Below are positions 38,431-46,596 of a DNA stretch of 64,000 nucleotides, one piece after another. Within the stretch, counting starts at the first letter, position 1; each line of letters begins with the position of its first letter. This DNA is from a virus. The position numbers were made by a program, and so were the translations under genes. The notes under the pieces were generated by a model, which was not told the DNA's origin, searched no databases, and saw nothing but the letters and a program-made list of their open reading frames with translations. The stretch is taken from IMG/VR virus record IMGVR_UViG_3300044620_001243; one strand, written 5' to 3'.

Positions 38431-38658
38431 ATGAAATACATTCTCCACAAAACACTCATACTTGTCATGTTTGCATTATTTTGCTCCGAAGTATTGAAAA
38501 TATGCTTCGGATTAATGAACCAACCATCCACACTTCAATTCCTAACGGGCGTTGCAGTACTGATGACAGGAATTTATGGTTCTTTTTACTTTGTAAAATG
38601 GCTTATCAATTACCCAACTTCAAAAACCAAAAATAACTCTCAAAATCAAAACAATTAA
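38431..38658 (+). CDS. small membrane protein (possible partner of the SPFH protein)
   Basis: 75 aa, two TM helices; promoter 38381-38412 upstream; directly precedes the SPFH gene. Confidence 0.45.
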   Translation: MKYILHKTLILVMFALFCSEVLKICFGLMNQPSTLQFLTGVAVLMTGIYGSFYFVKWLINYPTSKTKNNSQNQNN

Positions 38659-38670
38659 AAAACAAAAAAA

Positions 38671-39525
38671 ATGAATCAGAAAAACTTAATTATTCTCGGA
38701 GTTGCCGCCTTTATCTTAGGCCTCTTCTCTATGACCAGCTGTGAAATAATCGACGCTGGTCACGTTGGTGTTAAAGTCAATCTTTACGGCGACGGAAAAG
38801 GTATTGACGATGTGACCGAAGTCAATGGCAGGGTATTCTACAACCCCTTTACCACAAAAATTGTTGAATTTCCAACTTTTATCCAGCACAAAGAATACAA
38901 ACACAACGGAGAAGACAATCCCGATGAATCTTTTGTGGTCAACTCAAAAGATGGGTCAGAGTTTCATGTATCTCCATTATTGAACTATTCAGTCAAGAGG
39001 GAAAGAGTTCCTTATATTTTCGGTAAGTACCGAGTTACTCTGGATGAAATCGAATCTGGTTTCTTAAAAACAGCAGTCTATGATGCCTTTCGTGTTGTCG
39101 CAAATTCATACACCGCAGATGAATTGATTTCAAATCGTGAACAGTTCGAAGTAAAGGTTCGTAAGGTTTTGGTAACCCATCTCTTACCCGAAGGATTCAT
39201 ACTAGCACAATTTACATCTAATCTTGTCTATCCCGAAACATTCAAGAAAGCCATTGAAGCTAAGAACAATGCGGTTCAATCAGCACTCACCGCAGAGAAC
39301 AGAGTAAAACAAGCGGAGGCCGAGGCAAAAATCAAAATTGCACAAGCCGAAGGTAATGCTCAAGCAATGCTGACTTCGGCCAAGGCAGAAGCGGAGTCAA
39401 ACAGGATGAAACAACAAACCATTACACCTATGCTTCTACAACTTGAGTACATCAAGAAATGGAACGGAGTTGAACCCACAACACAATTGTGTTCAGGGTC
39501 AAATATGATGTATAACATAAAATAG
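38671..39525 (+). CDS. SPFH/Band-7 (prohibitin-homology) domain protein
   Basis: N-terminal anchor, SPFH core, and A/E/K-rich coiled region RVKQAEAEAKIKIAQAEGNAQA typical of the family. Confidence 0.7.
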   Translation: MNQKNLIILGVAAFILGLFSMTSCEIIDAGHVGVKVNLYGDGKGIDDVTEVNGRVFYNPFTTKIVEFPTFIQHKEYKHNGEDNPDESFVVNSKDGSEFHVSPLLNYSVKRERVPYIFGKYRVTLDEIESGFLKTAVYDAFRVVANSYTADELISNREQFEVKVRKVLVTHLLPEGFILAQFTSNLVYPETFKKAIEAKNNAVQSALTAENRVKQAEAEAKIKIAQAEGNAQAMLTSAKAEAESNRMKQQTITPMLLQLEYIKKWNGVEPTTQLCSGSNMMYNIK

Positions 39526-39550
39526 AAATTAAAAGAGAAATGTTTAAAGA

Positions 39551-39576
39551 GGGAAGAATTGTCTTCCCTTTTTTTT
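39551..39576 (+). terminator. rho-independent terminator
   Basis: GGGAAGA-ATTG-TCTTCCC followed by TTTTTTTT, 25 nt after the SPFH stop. Confidence 0.65.
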
Positions 39577-39601
39577 GTTTGGTATTTTAAAATTTATTTC
39601 G

Positions 39602-39609
39602 TATATTTA
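39602..39609 (+). promoter_or_regulatory. -7 box TATATTTA
   Basis: Directly after terminator 39551-39576 and 4 nt before ATG 39614. Confidence 0.4.
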
Positions 39610-39613
39610 CACT

Positions 39614-40333
39614 ATGAAAACCGTATTCATCGGCGATATTCACGGACGTTCCATTTGGAAAGAAATTGTAGAACAGGAAAAACCTGATAGGGTTATTTTT
39701 GTCGGAGACTATTTCGACTCACTTGATATTCCAGGTATTGACCAAATTCATAATTTTAAAGAAATCATTCACCACAAAAAAACAAGTGGAATTGAGGTTG
39801 TACTGTTGGTAGGTAATCACGATTATCATTATATGGATATGGGTGAAACTTACAGTGGATTTCAACCTGCTCTAAAATTTGATATTGGGCAGTTACTCAA
39901 AGAAAATATGGAACATTTACAAATGGCACATTCATTTGATAATTTCCTTTGCACCCACGCTGGTGTATCTTCGGTGTTTATGAATGATAATTTTAGAGAT
40001 AGTTGGGATTGCGATAATTTAGTTGAAAAACTGAATGAAACATTTAAATATTCTCCATTCATTTTTAAGTTCAATGGTTTTAATCCATATGGGGATAATG
40101 AAACACAATCACCTATTTGGATTAGGTTGAATTCATTGAGAAGTTCAAATAACAAACGAGGTAAAGATGGAATTAAAAAGCAATTTATTCAAGTGTTTGG
40201 ACACACCCAAGTTAAAGAAATTGATTTGGTTGGAATGGCGAAATTTTTAGGTGGTAGATATATTATGATTGATGCTTTACCATCCCGTCAATACCTAATT
40301 TACAATGGAGAAATTAAAGTAGGAAAAGTGTAA
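39614..40333 (+). CDS. Ser/Thr phosphatase-type metallophosphoesterase
   Basis: VFIGDIHGR, VGDYFD, VGNHD, THAG, GHT motifs; start moved to ATG 39614 downstream of promoter. Confidence 0.7.
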   Translation: MKTVFIGDIHGRSIWKEIVEQEKPDRVIFVGDYFDSLDIPGIDQIHNFKEIIHHKKTSGIEVVLLVGNHDYHYMDMGETYSGFQPALKFDIGQLLKENMEHLQMAHSFDNFLCTHAGVSSVFMNDNFRDSWDCDNLVEKLNETFKYSPFIFKFNGFNPYGDNETQSPIWIRLNSLRSSNNKRGKDGIKKQFIQVFGHTQVKEIDLVGMAKFLGGRYIMIDALPSRQYLIYNGEIKVGKV

Positions 40334-40337
40334 GAAA

Positions 40338-40538
40338 ATGAAAGATTTGATATACGTTAAAGACCCAAAACTAAGTGCCATACCGATTACAAAATTAATG
40401 AAATTAGTTTACGAGTTTATCCCAATAGAACAAAGAGAAGAATTTTTATCTGAATATAAAAAATTATATATGGAATCGTTACAAGACTTACAAAAATCAT
40501 ATGAATATGGACTTAATGAAAAAATACATAACGAATAA
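40338..40538 (+). CDS. hypothetical protein
   Basis: 66 aa ORF. Confidence 0.4.
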   Translation: MKDLIYVKDPKLSAIPITKLMKLVYEFIPIEQREEFLSEYKKLYMESLQDLQKSYEYGLNEKIHNE

Positions 40539-40636
40539 AAAAATAGTTATTATTGTTTCAGTAATAATTCTTCAAATACTCTTCGGTTTTGACCCCAAAT
40601 TCACATTTATAAATCTCATCTGGTTACTTTTTTAAT

Positions 40637-40969
40637 ATGAACAACAAATTAATATCCACATCAAATTATCTCTATTTGGTAGACGATTCAATAATAAACA
40701 ATGGTGATTATGTTTTTAACATTGAGGCTAAAATTGTGTGTGATTATAATTCTGATTTTAATGTAAACAAATCTTCTCTAAAAAAGATAATCGCCCATTT
40801 ACCATTGAAAGAAGATTCGTTTTATTTAAAAAAATTAAAATTACTTCCAAAATTAGATATGAACCTAATGCCAAATAAATTTATCTGTGAAACAGATTCA
40901 TCAGGTAAACCAGTAATTAAGGTTGACGAAAAAAATAGACCTATTTTGGTTGGAAAATACGAATATTGA
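40637..40969 (+). CDS. hypothetical protein
   Basis: 110 aa ORF. Confidence 0.45.
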   Translation: MNNKLISTSNYLYLVDDSIINNGDYVFNIEAKIVCDYNSDFNVNKSSLKKIIAHLPLKEDSFYLKKLKLLPKLDMNLMPNKFICETDSSGKPVIKVDEKNRPILVGKYEY

Positions 40970-41310
40970 TGAAAAATTTATTATACGGCATTTTCTTAAT
41001 GGTTATTGCACAAATTTTAACTTTTTATCAAATACAAGGTCCACTTAAAATTGCGTTTTTTAAAAACAATTATTGGTTTGCCATTTTGATGGGTATTCCT
41101 TTATCGATTTTATATGTGGAGTCAGTTAAACAAATTGTAACATATTATGATGGTTTAGTGTGGCCAGGTAGATTAATTGGTTTTGGTGTTGGTGTGATTG
41201 TCTTTGGGATTTTTTCCTATTATGTGTTTAATGAAACATTAACCACAAAAACATTATTGTGTCTTTTACTGTCTTTAGGGATTATAGCTATTCAACTTTT
41301 TTGGAAATGA
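40966..41310 (+). CDS. membrane protein
   Basis: 114 aa with about 4 TM helices. Confidence 0.5.
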   Translation: MMKNLLYGIFLMVIAQILTFYQIQGPLKIAFFKNNYWFAILMGIPLSILYVESVKQIVTYYDGLVWPGRLIGFGVGVIVFGIFSYYVFNETLTTKTLLCLLLSLGIIAIQLFWK

Positions 41311-41369
41311 TAGAATATTCAGATGTGATTGTCGATTTACATATGATATATAATTTATTTAATGAAAAA

Positions 41370-41401
41370 TTTGGTTTTTTGAATTTTATTGCGTATATTT
41401 G
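41370..41401 (+). promoter_or_regulatory. Bacteroidota-type promoter
   Basis: TTTG, 20 nt, TATATTTG; drives the lipoprotein ORF and first shell RNA. Confidence 0.5.
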
Positions 41402-41420
41402 AATCATAAAAAAAACACTT

Positions 41421-41579
41421 ATGAAAAACCTATTTATGTTTTTGGTTCTTTGTGGTCTAACAATGACCTCATGTTCCAATGGTGGTGAAAACTCGAGCGA
41501 GACTCCTGTTGAGGTACCACAAGATTCAGTATCCGTCGATACCGTCCCAGCGTATACGGATACTGTTCGTCCACTTTAA
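41421..41579 (+). CDS. small lipoprotein
   Basis: 52-codon ORF found by eye: MKNLFMFLVLCGLTMTSC (lipobox); promoter 41370-41401 upstream; stop lies 7 nt before a tRNA-like element. Confidence 0.45.
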   Translation: MKNLFMFLVLCGLTMTSCSNGGENSSETPVEVPQDSVSVDTVPAYTDTVRPL

Positions 41580-41586
41580 GTGGAAT

Positions 41587-41725
41587 AGTCAGATGGCGAA
41601 ATGTAGCCGCTATTTGGGTAAAACAGTTTAACACGAGACGCGAACCTCACACAAAGCCTGATAATAACCAAATGAAAGTGCGAAGTACAGTAACACTTAT
41701 ACGGGTTCGACTCCCGTTCTGACTG
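41587..41725 (+). ncRNA. tRNA-Leu-like shell RNA 1 (divergent copy)
   Basis: AGTCAGA-TG-GCGAAATGTAGCCGC ... ACGGG-TTCGACT-CCCGT-TCTGACT-G; 90-nt insert with ATTTGG/CCAAAT stem around 51 nt, plus AAGTG/CACTT arm. Confidence 0.55.
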
Positions 41726-41737
41726 CGAGCCAGAGAT

Positions 41738-41911
41738 ATGGTAGTAATCGCACTGGTATATGAAGTAATTCAAATGTTGAATCCTAAGAATCTCAATCTT
41801 ACAACTATGGGTGGCTTAATTGTTGGTTCTACTCCTGAAATTACAGAGGAAATTGTCCTGAGAAAACAAGAGTACTCTGTAATCAGGTTAAATTTAAAAC
41901 AAAAATCATGA
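41738..41911 (+). CDS. hypothetical small protein (doubtful)
   Basis: 57-codon ORF starting 12 nt after tRNA-like element 41587-41725; contains a 13-bp hairpin, so it may instead be non-coding. Confidence 0.25.
   Translation: MVVIALVYEVIQMLNPKNLNLTTMGGLIVGSTPEITEEIVLRKQEYSVIRLNLKQKS
41834..41887 (+). other. long imperfect hairpin
   Basis: CCTGAAATTACAGAG ... CTCTGTAATCAGG (13 bp plus one bulge) around 26 nt. Confidence 0.4.
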
Positions 41912-42018
41912 TACAAATAATTTCAGTTTTATTGATTTACGTTCTTATCTACTTAATAGTTTCCGCTTGGATTAAGTTCTCAAATGAAAACACAATTAAA
42001 AACCTTTACAAAAAATAA
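41908..42018 (+). CDS. hypothetical small membrane protein
   Basis: 36-codon ORF MIQIISVLLIYVLIYLIVSAW..., ATGA overlap. Confidence 0.25.
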   Translation: MIQIISVLLIYVLIYLIVSAWIKFSNENTIKNLYKK

Positions 42019-42022
42019 AAAT

Positions 42023-42184
42023 ATGAAACAAAACAGTCACCTAATTCTTGCAATTAGTTTATTTTTACTTGGAATTTTAATTCAATGTGTATTACCACAG
42101 TTTACCGTTTTAGCGCATTTATCCTGTTTTATTTCGGGATGGTTTTTTGGTAACTATTTTTTCAATAAACAATATTCAGAATAA
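42023..42184 (+). CDS. small membrane protein
   Basis: 53 aa from ATG 42023 within track ORF 41984; two hydrophobic segments. Confidence 0.35.
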   Translation: MKQNSHLILAISLFLLGILIQCVLPQFTVLAHLSCFISGWFFGNYFFNKQYSE

Positions 42185-42194
42185 ATTTAACAAC

Positions 42195-42271
42195 AGGGAT
42201 GTATCCCCTCATGCTTATACCATGTAGAAAGGGTAATTGGTGACATATGAGTTCGAGTCTCATCTTCCCTA
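42195..42271 (+). ncRNA. atypical tRNA-like element lacking a D arm (candidate UAU anticodon loop)
   Basis: Acceptor AGGGATG/CTTCCCT (6 of 7 bp), T arm ATGAG-TTCGAGT-CTCAT, hairpin CATG-CTTATAC-CATG at positions 16-30, no foldable D arm; 77 nt. Confidence 0.4.
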
Positions 42272-42300
42272 CAATTCAAAAATCAAATTAAAAAAAAACC

Positions 42301-42711
42301 ATGAAAAAACTGTTCACATTTTTATTCTTAATGATTATTTCCATTGTTTCATATGGTCAAAAACCAATGGTTGGTTTTACGGAAGACGATATTAAAACAT
42401 ATAATAGAATTCAAAATGAAACGTTTTTTTGGGATAAAATTTATGAATCAAATATATGGTGTCTTTGGACAAAACACCAAACTCTTGATTTAATGAGCTT
42501 TTATGTTTTTGAATATGGTAAAAATAAAAACACCATGTTTGTAAACGCCACAAAAGATGATGAACTTGCTTTAATTATTTTAGATAAAATAAGAGAAGAT
42601 TGTGTTTTTTTAGGTAATGATAGGTACTTTAACAAAGACAATGGTTTGACAGTAAAATGTGAGTACAACCAAAGTGAGAAATCATTCATGTTTAAGTGGT
42701 GTTTTGAATAG
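42301..42711 (+). CDS. secreted protein (signal peptide)
   Basis: MKKLFTFLFLMIISIVSYG N-terminal signal-like sequence. Confidence 0.5.
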   Translation: MKKLFTFLFLMIISIVSYGQKPMVGFTEDDIKTYNRIQNETFFWDKIYESNIWCLWTKHQTLDLMSFYVFEYGKNKNTMFVNATKDDELALIILDKIREDCVFLGNDRYFNKDNGLTVKCEYNQSEKSFMFKWCFE

Positions 42712-42727
42712 TTTAAAAAAACATAAC

Positions 42728-43375
42728 ATGATTAATAATATTGAACTTATTAAACCCCTATTGAATTATGAAGAACACGGGGATTTTTACATGCTCTATG
42801 TTTTTAAAAGAAAAAAAGACCAACCCGAAGGAGAAAAAGATAACCATCAATCTGTTAGGACAATAAAAACATATTGTGTAGAAAGTATTGAATACTTAGA
42901 AAAAAGATTTGATGAGATAAAAGAATTGTGTGAATATTTTAAAGCGAGAGCATACATCCATGTTCAAAAACAAAACCATAAGGATGTCTCATTAGATATG
43001 ATGATTAGTTTGGCGGAAAAAATTAAAAATGGGCAACTGAATCAAAAGAATCTATTTGATTCGGTTGTTGGTCAAATAAAAACACACGAGAAAAGATGGG
43101 TCATTGACATTGATGGGTCTGAAACCCCATCTCCATTAATGATGGCAAATATTGAATATCATTGTAAACCAATAACCACACTTAAATATGATAAATCGGG
43201 GGTGATGAACGGTTATACTTCTGGCCCAAAAATTGAGGCCATTATCCCAACAAAAAACGGTCACCATATCATCACGAAAAAATTTGATGTGATGGAGTTT
43301 AAAAAATATTATCCCGATGTCGATATTCAAAAAAAGAATCCAACATTATTATATTATCCAAAAAGTTTAGGATAA
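42728..43375 (+). CDS. hypothetical protein
   Basis: 215 aa from ATG 42728 (track ORF 42659 overlaps upstream gene). Confidence 0.5.
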   Translation: MINNIELIKPLLNYEEHGDFYMLYVFKRKKDQPEGEKDNHQSVRTIKTYCVESIEYLEKRFDEIKELCEYFKARAYIHVQKQNHKDVSLDMMISLAEKIKNGQLNQKNLFDSVVGQIKTHEKRWVIDIDGSETPSPLMMANIEYHCKPITTLKYDKSGVMNGYTSGPKIEAIIPTKNGHHIITKKFDVMEFKKYYPDVDIQKKNPTLLYYPKSLG

Positions 43376-43399
43376 TTTTTTATTTTCAATTTTTTTTCT

Positions 43400-43407
43400 T
43401 ACATTTG
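43400..43407 (+). promoter_or_regulatory. -7 box TACATTTG
   Basis: 23 nt upstream of ATG 43431. Confidence 0.4.
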
Positions 43408-43430
43408 TACTAACAAAAAAAAATACCAAC

Positions 43431-44411
43431 ATGAAAACAAAAAAAACTCAATTTGTAAATCTTTATGACGTATACAAAATAATTTTTAGTGATGATAAAA
43501 CTAAATATATTGATATGTTGTCAAGAATTTCAACTAAAAGTATTGAAAACGTTGAATTAATCAACTTACGAGAACATTTACTATCGTATGGTATTGGCGT
43601 TGATGTTTTAGATAAAATGTCAAATGTTGATTTATTGTTTCTTCATTCTGTTATGGATGGGATATTTCGTTATCACATGAAACTTGATAAGCAAGAAATT
43701 CAAACCGTAAGGAAGTTTATTGAATACAATGAGAGAGGTTTAATTGCAAATAATGATGTGTCCACATATAAAGATTTTAAAGAATTAGAAGATTCTGTTA
43801 GAATTGCAAATCTCAAAAGTCTTGATAAAGAAATGAGTAAAGAAATAAAAGAAATTTATTCTGACGATGAATGGTTTGTTTTAAGACCACTCACCACTTT
43901 ATCTGGTGAAAAATATGGATACGGTACTAAATGGTGCACAACCATGAATTCTGAATATTTTTTAAGATATTCACGAAATGGTATTTTGATTTACATAATC
44001 AATACAAAGACAGGAAAAAAAGTTGCATGTCATTCCTCTTTGGTAGAAGAAAATTCTACTTCTTTTTGGAATGAAGCAGATAATAGGGTGGACTCGATTG
44101 ACACAAATTTACCCGATTTTATTCTTGAAAAATTAAGAGTTGAACTTAAAAGTGGGGTAGACAATTTCAGTTTTCTTTCTGAAGAAAAACAAAAAATTGA
44201 ATTAGATAAAATTCATATAACCCTTAAAGAAAGTCATGAAATTGTAGAAAATATGGCAATGGATGAAATAATGGGGGAGGATGAGATGATTCCGACTCCA
44301 ATAAATCTGCATGAAAATATACGAAGGATGATAAATGGTGGTGGGGTGACGGGATTAAGAGGAAATGAATACGAACCCACGGAACAGAGGGAAGAAATTA
44401 GTGAAGAATAA
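43431..44411 (+). CDS. hypothetical protein
   Basis: 326 aa; promoter 43400-43407 upstream; no motif recognised (GTKWCTT block noted). Confidence 0.55.
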   Translation: MKTKKTQFVNLYDVYKIIFSDDKTKYIDMLSRISTKSIENVELINLREHLLSYGIGVDVLDKMSNVDLLFLHSVMDGIFRYHMKLDKQEIQTVRKFIEYNERGLIANNDVSTYKDFKELEDSVRIANLKSLDKEMSKEIKEIYSDDEWFVLRPLTTLSGEKYGYGTKWCTTMNSEYFLRYSRNGILIYIINTKTGKKVACHSSLVEENSTSFWNEADNRVDSIDTNLPDFILEKLRVELKSGVDNFSFLSEEKQKIELDKIHITLKESHEIVENMAMDEIMGEDEMIPTPINLHENIRRMINGGGVTGLRGNEYEPTEQREEISEE

Positions 44412-44439
44412 GAAATACCACGGTTTATTGGATAAAATT

Positions 44440-44604
44440 ATGCAACCAAAAGAATCAAAAACAAATACCCATTTTCAATTAAGTTTGATAAAATCTCTTT
44501 TAAGGATATTAGGATGTATTTATCTATTCTTTGGGTGTACAAGTATGTTTGTAATTATTTTCATATTTGCAGAAATTCTTGGAATTTTAGAAGAAATTTT
44601 GTAG
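44440..44604 (+). CDS. small membrane protein
   Basis: 54 aa from ATG 44440; C-terminal TM helices. Confidence 0.35.
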   Translation: MQPKESKTNTHFQLSLIKSLLRILGCIYLFFGCTSMFVIIFIFAEILGILEEIL

Positions 44605-44628
44605 TTTGAATTTTTTTTCGTATATTTG
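44598..44628 (+). promoter_or_regulatory. Bacteroidota-type promoter at the head of the RNA array
   Basis: TTTG, 19 nt, TATATTTG; tRNA-Met starts at 44654. Confidence 0.55.
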
Positions 44629-44653
44629 TATTCTGAATATGAAAATAAACAAT

Positions 44654-44727
44654 AGCGGGGTGGTGGCAGATGGTAGCCCGCCAGGCTCATAACCTGGAGG
44701 TCGTAGGTTCGAGTCCTACCCCCGCAA
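44654..44727 (+). tRNA. tRNA-Met (CAU), initiator-like
   Basis: Hand-folded cloverleaf colinear with E. coli tRNA-fMet (AGCGGGG..CCAGG-CTCATAA-CCTGG-AGGTC-GTAGG-TTCGAGT-CCTAC-CCCCGCA-A); A1/A72 mismatch; one bulged U in the D stem; starts about 25 nt after the -7 box at 44621-44628. Confidence 0.75.
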
Positions 44728-44791
44728 CCGTATAGTTTTTGTTCTTTGACATCTTGGGAATTAAAAGTAAAAGTCGAGAGACTTAAAAATT

Positions 44792-44901
44792 AGTCAGGTG
44801 GCGGAATTGGTAGACGCAAGTGAGAATAGTAATTGCGCTGATGTAGCGGCAGATGCAGTAAGTTATTATTCATACAGGTTCGAGTCCTGTCCTGACTACC
44901 A
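44792..44901 (+). ncRNA. tRNA-Leu-like shell RNA 2
   Basis: Consensus ends (AGTCAGGTGGCGGAATTGGTAGACGC ... ACAGGTTCGAGTCCTGTCCTGACTACCA); 56-nt insert forms a rod GAATAGTAA/TTATTATTC + TTGC/GCAG + GCTG/CGGC; no 5-7-5 anticodon arm. Confidence 0.6.
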
Positions 44902-45008
44902 AAGAAACAAGTAAAACGCAAACGCACAGTCCCTTGATGCATCAGGTGAGGCGCACACTGTATACTGGATGACCTCTGTTTCTTTTTTAATCAGTCAGGT
45001 GGCGGAAT
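44871..45008 (+). repeat. 138-bp exact duplication, copy 1 (T arm + acceptor + spacer + next 5' half)
   Basis: Identical by eye to 45339-45476. Confidence 0.8.
44902..44992 (+). ncRNA. structured 91-nt spacer RNA candidate (copy 1 of 2)
   Basis: AAAGAAACA (from 44901, sharing the terminal A of the preceding CCA)/TGTTTCTTT 9-bp closing stem, internal ACAGT/ACTGT and GAGG/CCTC pairings, palindrome TGATGCATCA; identical copy at 45370-45460. Confidence 0.3.
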
Positions 45009-45101
45009 TGGATAGACGCATTGAGGAATCTAAACTTGGTAGCATTTGTTAGATTTAATAGTAATCCTCCTTCCTTACAGGTTCGACTCCTGTCCTGACT
45101 A
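44993..45101 (+). ncRNA. tRNA-Leu-like shell RNA 3
   Basis: Consensus ends; 57-nt insert with GAGGA/TCCTC and ATCTAA/TTAGAT stems. Confidence 0.6.
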
Positions 45102-45267
45102 CGACAGTTAGCAGATAATACTTGGTAGTTCTTGTAACGTCTGACTATGCGTGAGGTGGTTTTATAACTTTCCACCAGCTGGTCCAAAACTAAAAGTTAA
45201 TACAGGTTTAATAACGGGGTGAAGGAAAGTCTAACTAACAAGTACTTCACTACCTACTGTAAAAATT

Positions 45268-45369
45268 AGTCAGGTGACGAAATTGGTAGACGTGCCACGA
45301 ATAAAACTAAGTGGTGGAGAAACAGCTTTCAGGCACTCCATACAGGTTCGAGTCCTGTCCTGACTACCA
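45268..45369 (+). ncRNA. tRNA-Leu-like shell RNA 4
   Basis: Ends AGTCAGGTGACGAAATTGGTAGACGT ... CCTGACTACCA; 48-nt insert with CCAC/GTGG and GGAG/CTCC hairpins. Confidence 0.6.
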
Positions 45370-45476
45370 AAGAAACAAGTAAAACGCAAACGCACAGTCC
45401 CTTGATGCATCAGGTGAGGCGCACACTGTATACTGGATGACCTCTGTTTCTTTTTTAATCAGTCAGGTGGCGGAAT
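45339..45476 (+). repeat. 138-bp exact duplication, copy 2
   Basis: Identical by eye to 44871-45008; offset 468 bp. Confidence 0.8.
45370..45460 (+). ncRNA. structured 91-nt spacer RNA candidate (copy 2 of 2)
   Basis: Identical to 44902-44992. Confidence 0.3.
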
Positions 45477-45558
45477 GGTAGACGCACTGGACAGGCGATG
45501 CATTTAAAACAGAAATAAGCCCAGTCGGTACTTACAGGTTCGAATCCTGTCCTGACTA
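45461..45558 (+). ncRNA. tRNA-Leu-like shell RNA 5
   Basis: Consensus ends; 48-nt insert with ACTGG/CCAGT + GGC/GCC around a 22-nt loop. Confidence 0.6.
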
Positions 45559-45926
45559 CAAATCTTAGGAGTAATTAACCTAAGACTGAGAGGTTCGAAA
45601 CTCTCGATTGGCTATGGTGTAATGGGCACAGAGAAACGGAGTACGAAAGGGGTTACGGGAATTTTCCCGCAAACATCAGAAACGGGACTCAGGATTATGG
45701 TTCGAATCCATATTAGTCAACAAGCCGTCTTTTTTTCTTGTCCGCCGTGGACGTGGATTGTTGAGACGTAAAAGTAACAATCGATTGATTAGAGAACGGT
45801 AGGATACAGGTTCACTAGACGAAGGTAGAAGTTTTTTTTTGATAGATGGGTTTGAGTTCTTTATAACAACAAACCAACTATAATTCAGTAGGGACAAATG
45901 GGAGCGGCTTACTCCAGTCCCGAAAT

Positions 45927-46085
45927 AGTCAGGTGGCGGAATTGGTAGACGCTATGAAATCATGTTTTAAGATTGAACGGGTAGGCAGACGTAACATATA
46001 GGTAAAAGAGTGTTATCGCCGAATACACTTATAAGGGTCCTATGAAAAAACTTCAATCATACAGGTTCAAGTCCTGTCCTGACTA
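45927..46085 (+). ncRNA. tRNA-Leu-like shell RNA 6 (largest insert)
   Basis: Consensus ends (T loop TTCAAGT); 108-nt insert with GATTGAA/TTCAATC closing stem and nested helices. Confidence 0.55.
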
Positions 46086-46328
46086 CACGTTCCGAAACAG
46101 ACAACGGATAGTTCCACTATGAACGATGAGAAACAGGGTGATGTCCTGTATTAGTTATCGCCTCCCGAATGCGGTCGGGATAGGTTGACCACCTAAACAT
46201 CAGCAATGTGAACGGTCTATTTCTAACTCACCTACGTTTGTAAGACAACATAGAAGTGACGAGACGGGAAACTCGTCGTGAGGACATCCAAGACACCTGT
46301 AAGTTGGATAAATTAGGGTGTTATTTTT

Positions 46329-46451
46329 AGTCAGGTGTGGGTAAAAATGCGCTAACTGGAAACCCACTGAAAGCGAAAGCAAAGTCGAGGTCTAAATGCG
46401 CACTATGGCCGAGGTAATGGCGAGATACAGGTTCAAGTCCTGTCCTGACTA
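46329..46451 (+). ncRNA. tRNA-Leu-like shell RNA 7 (D arm replaced)
   Basis: AGTCAGG-TG, then GTGGGT/ACCCAC hairpin instead of the D arm, GC-GAAA-GC hairpin, consensus T arm and CCTGACT-A. Confidence 0.5.
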
Positions 46452-46596
46452 CAAAGACAATGGTTTTCCCCATTCAACGGATGTCGACAATCCAGAATGG
46501 AATCGGAATTCAGCACCCTCAGCCGAGGCGCCTCGTAAAACTACGATTAAGCTGTTAAGATTGGAGCGAGACGGGTACTCCATCATTGTCTTATTT

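Noticed and set aside
45553-45720. A 168-nt overlapping tRNA-like gene using TGACTA from the previous element as its 5' acceptor strand
   Set aside because: Only 6 bp of acceptor pairing and a T arm support it. No D arm or anticodon arm could be placed, so it is kept as part of the unassigned structured region.
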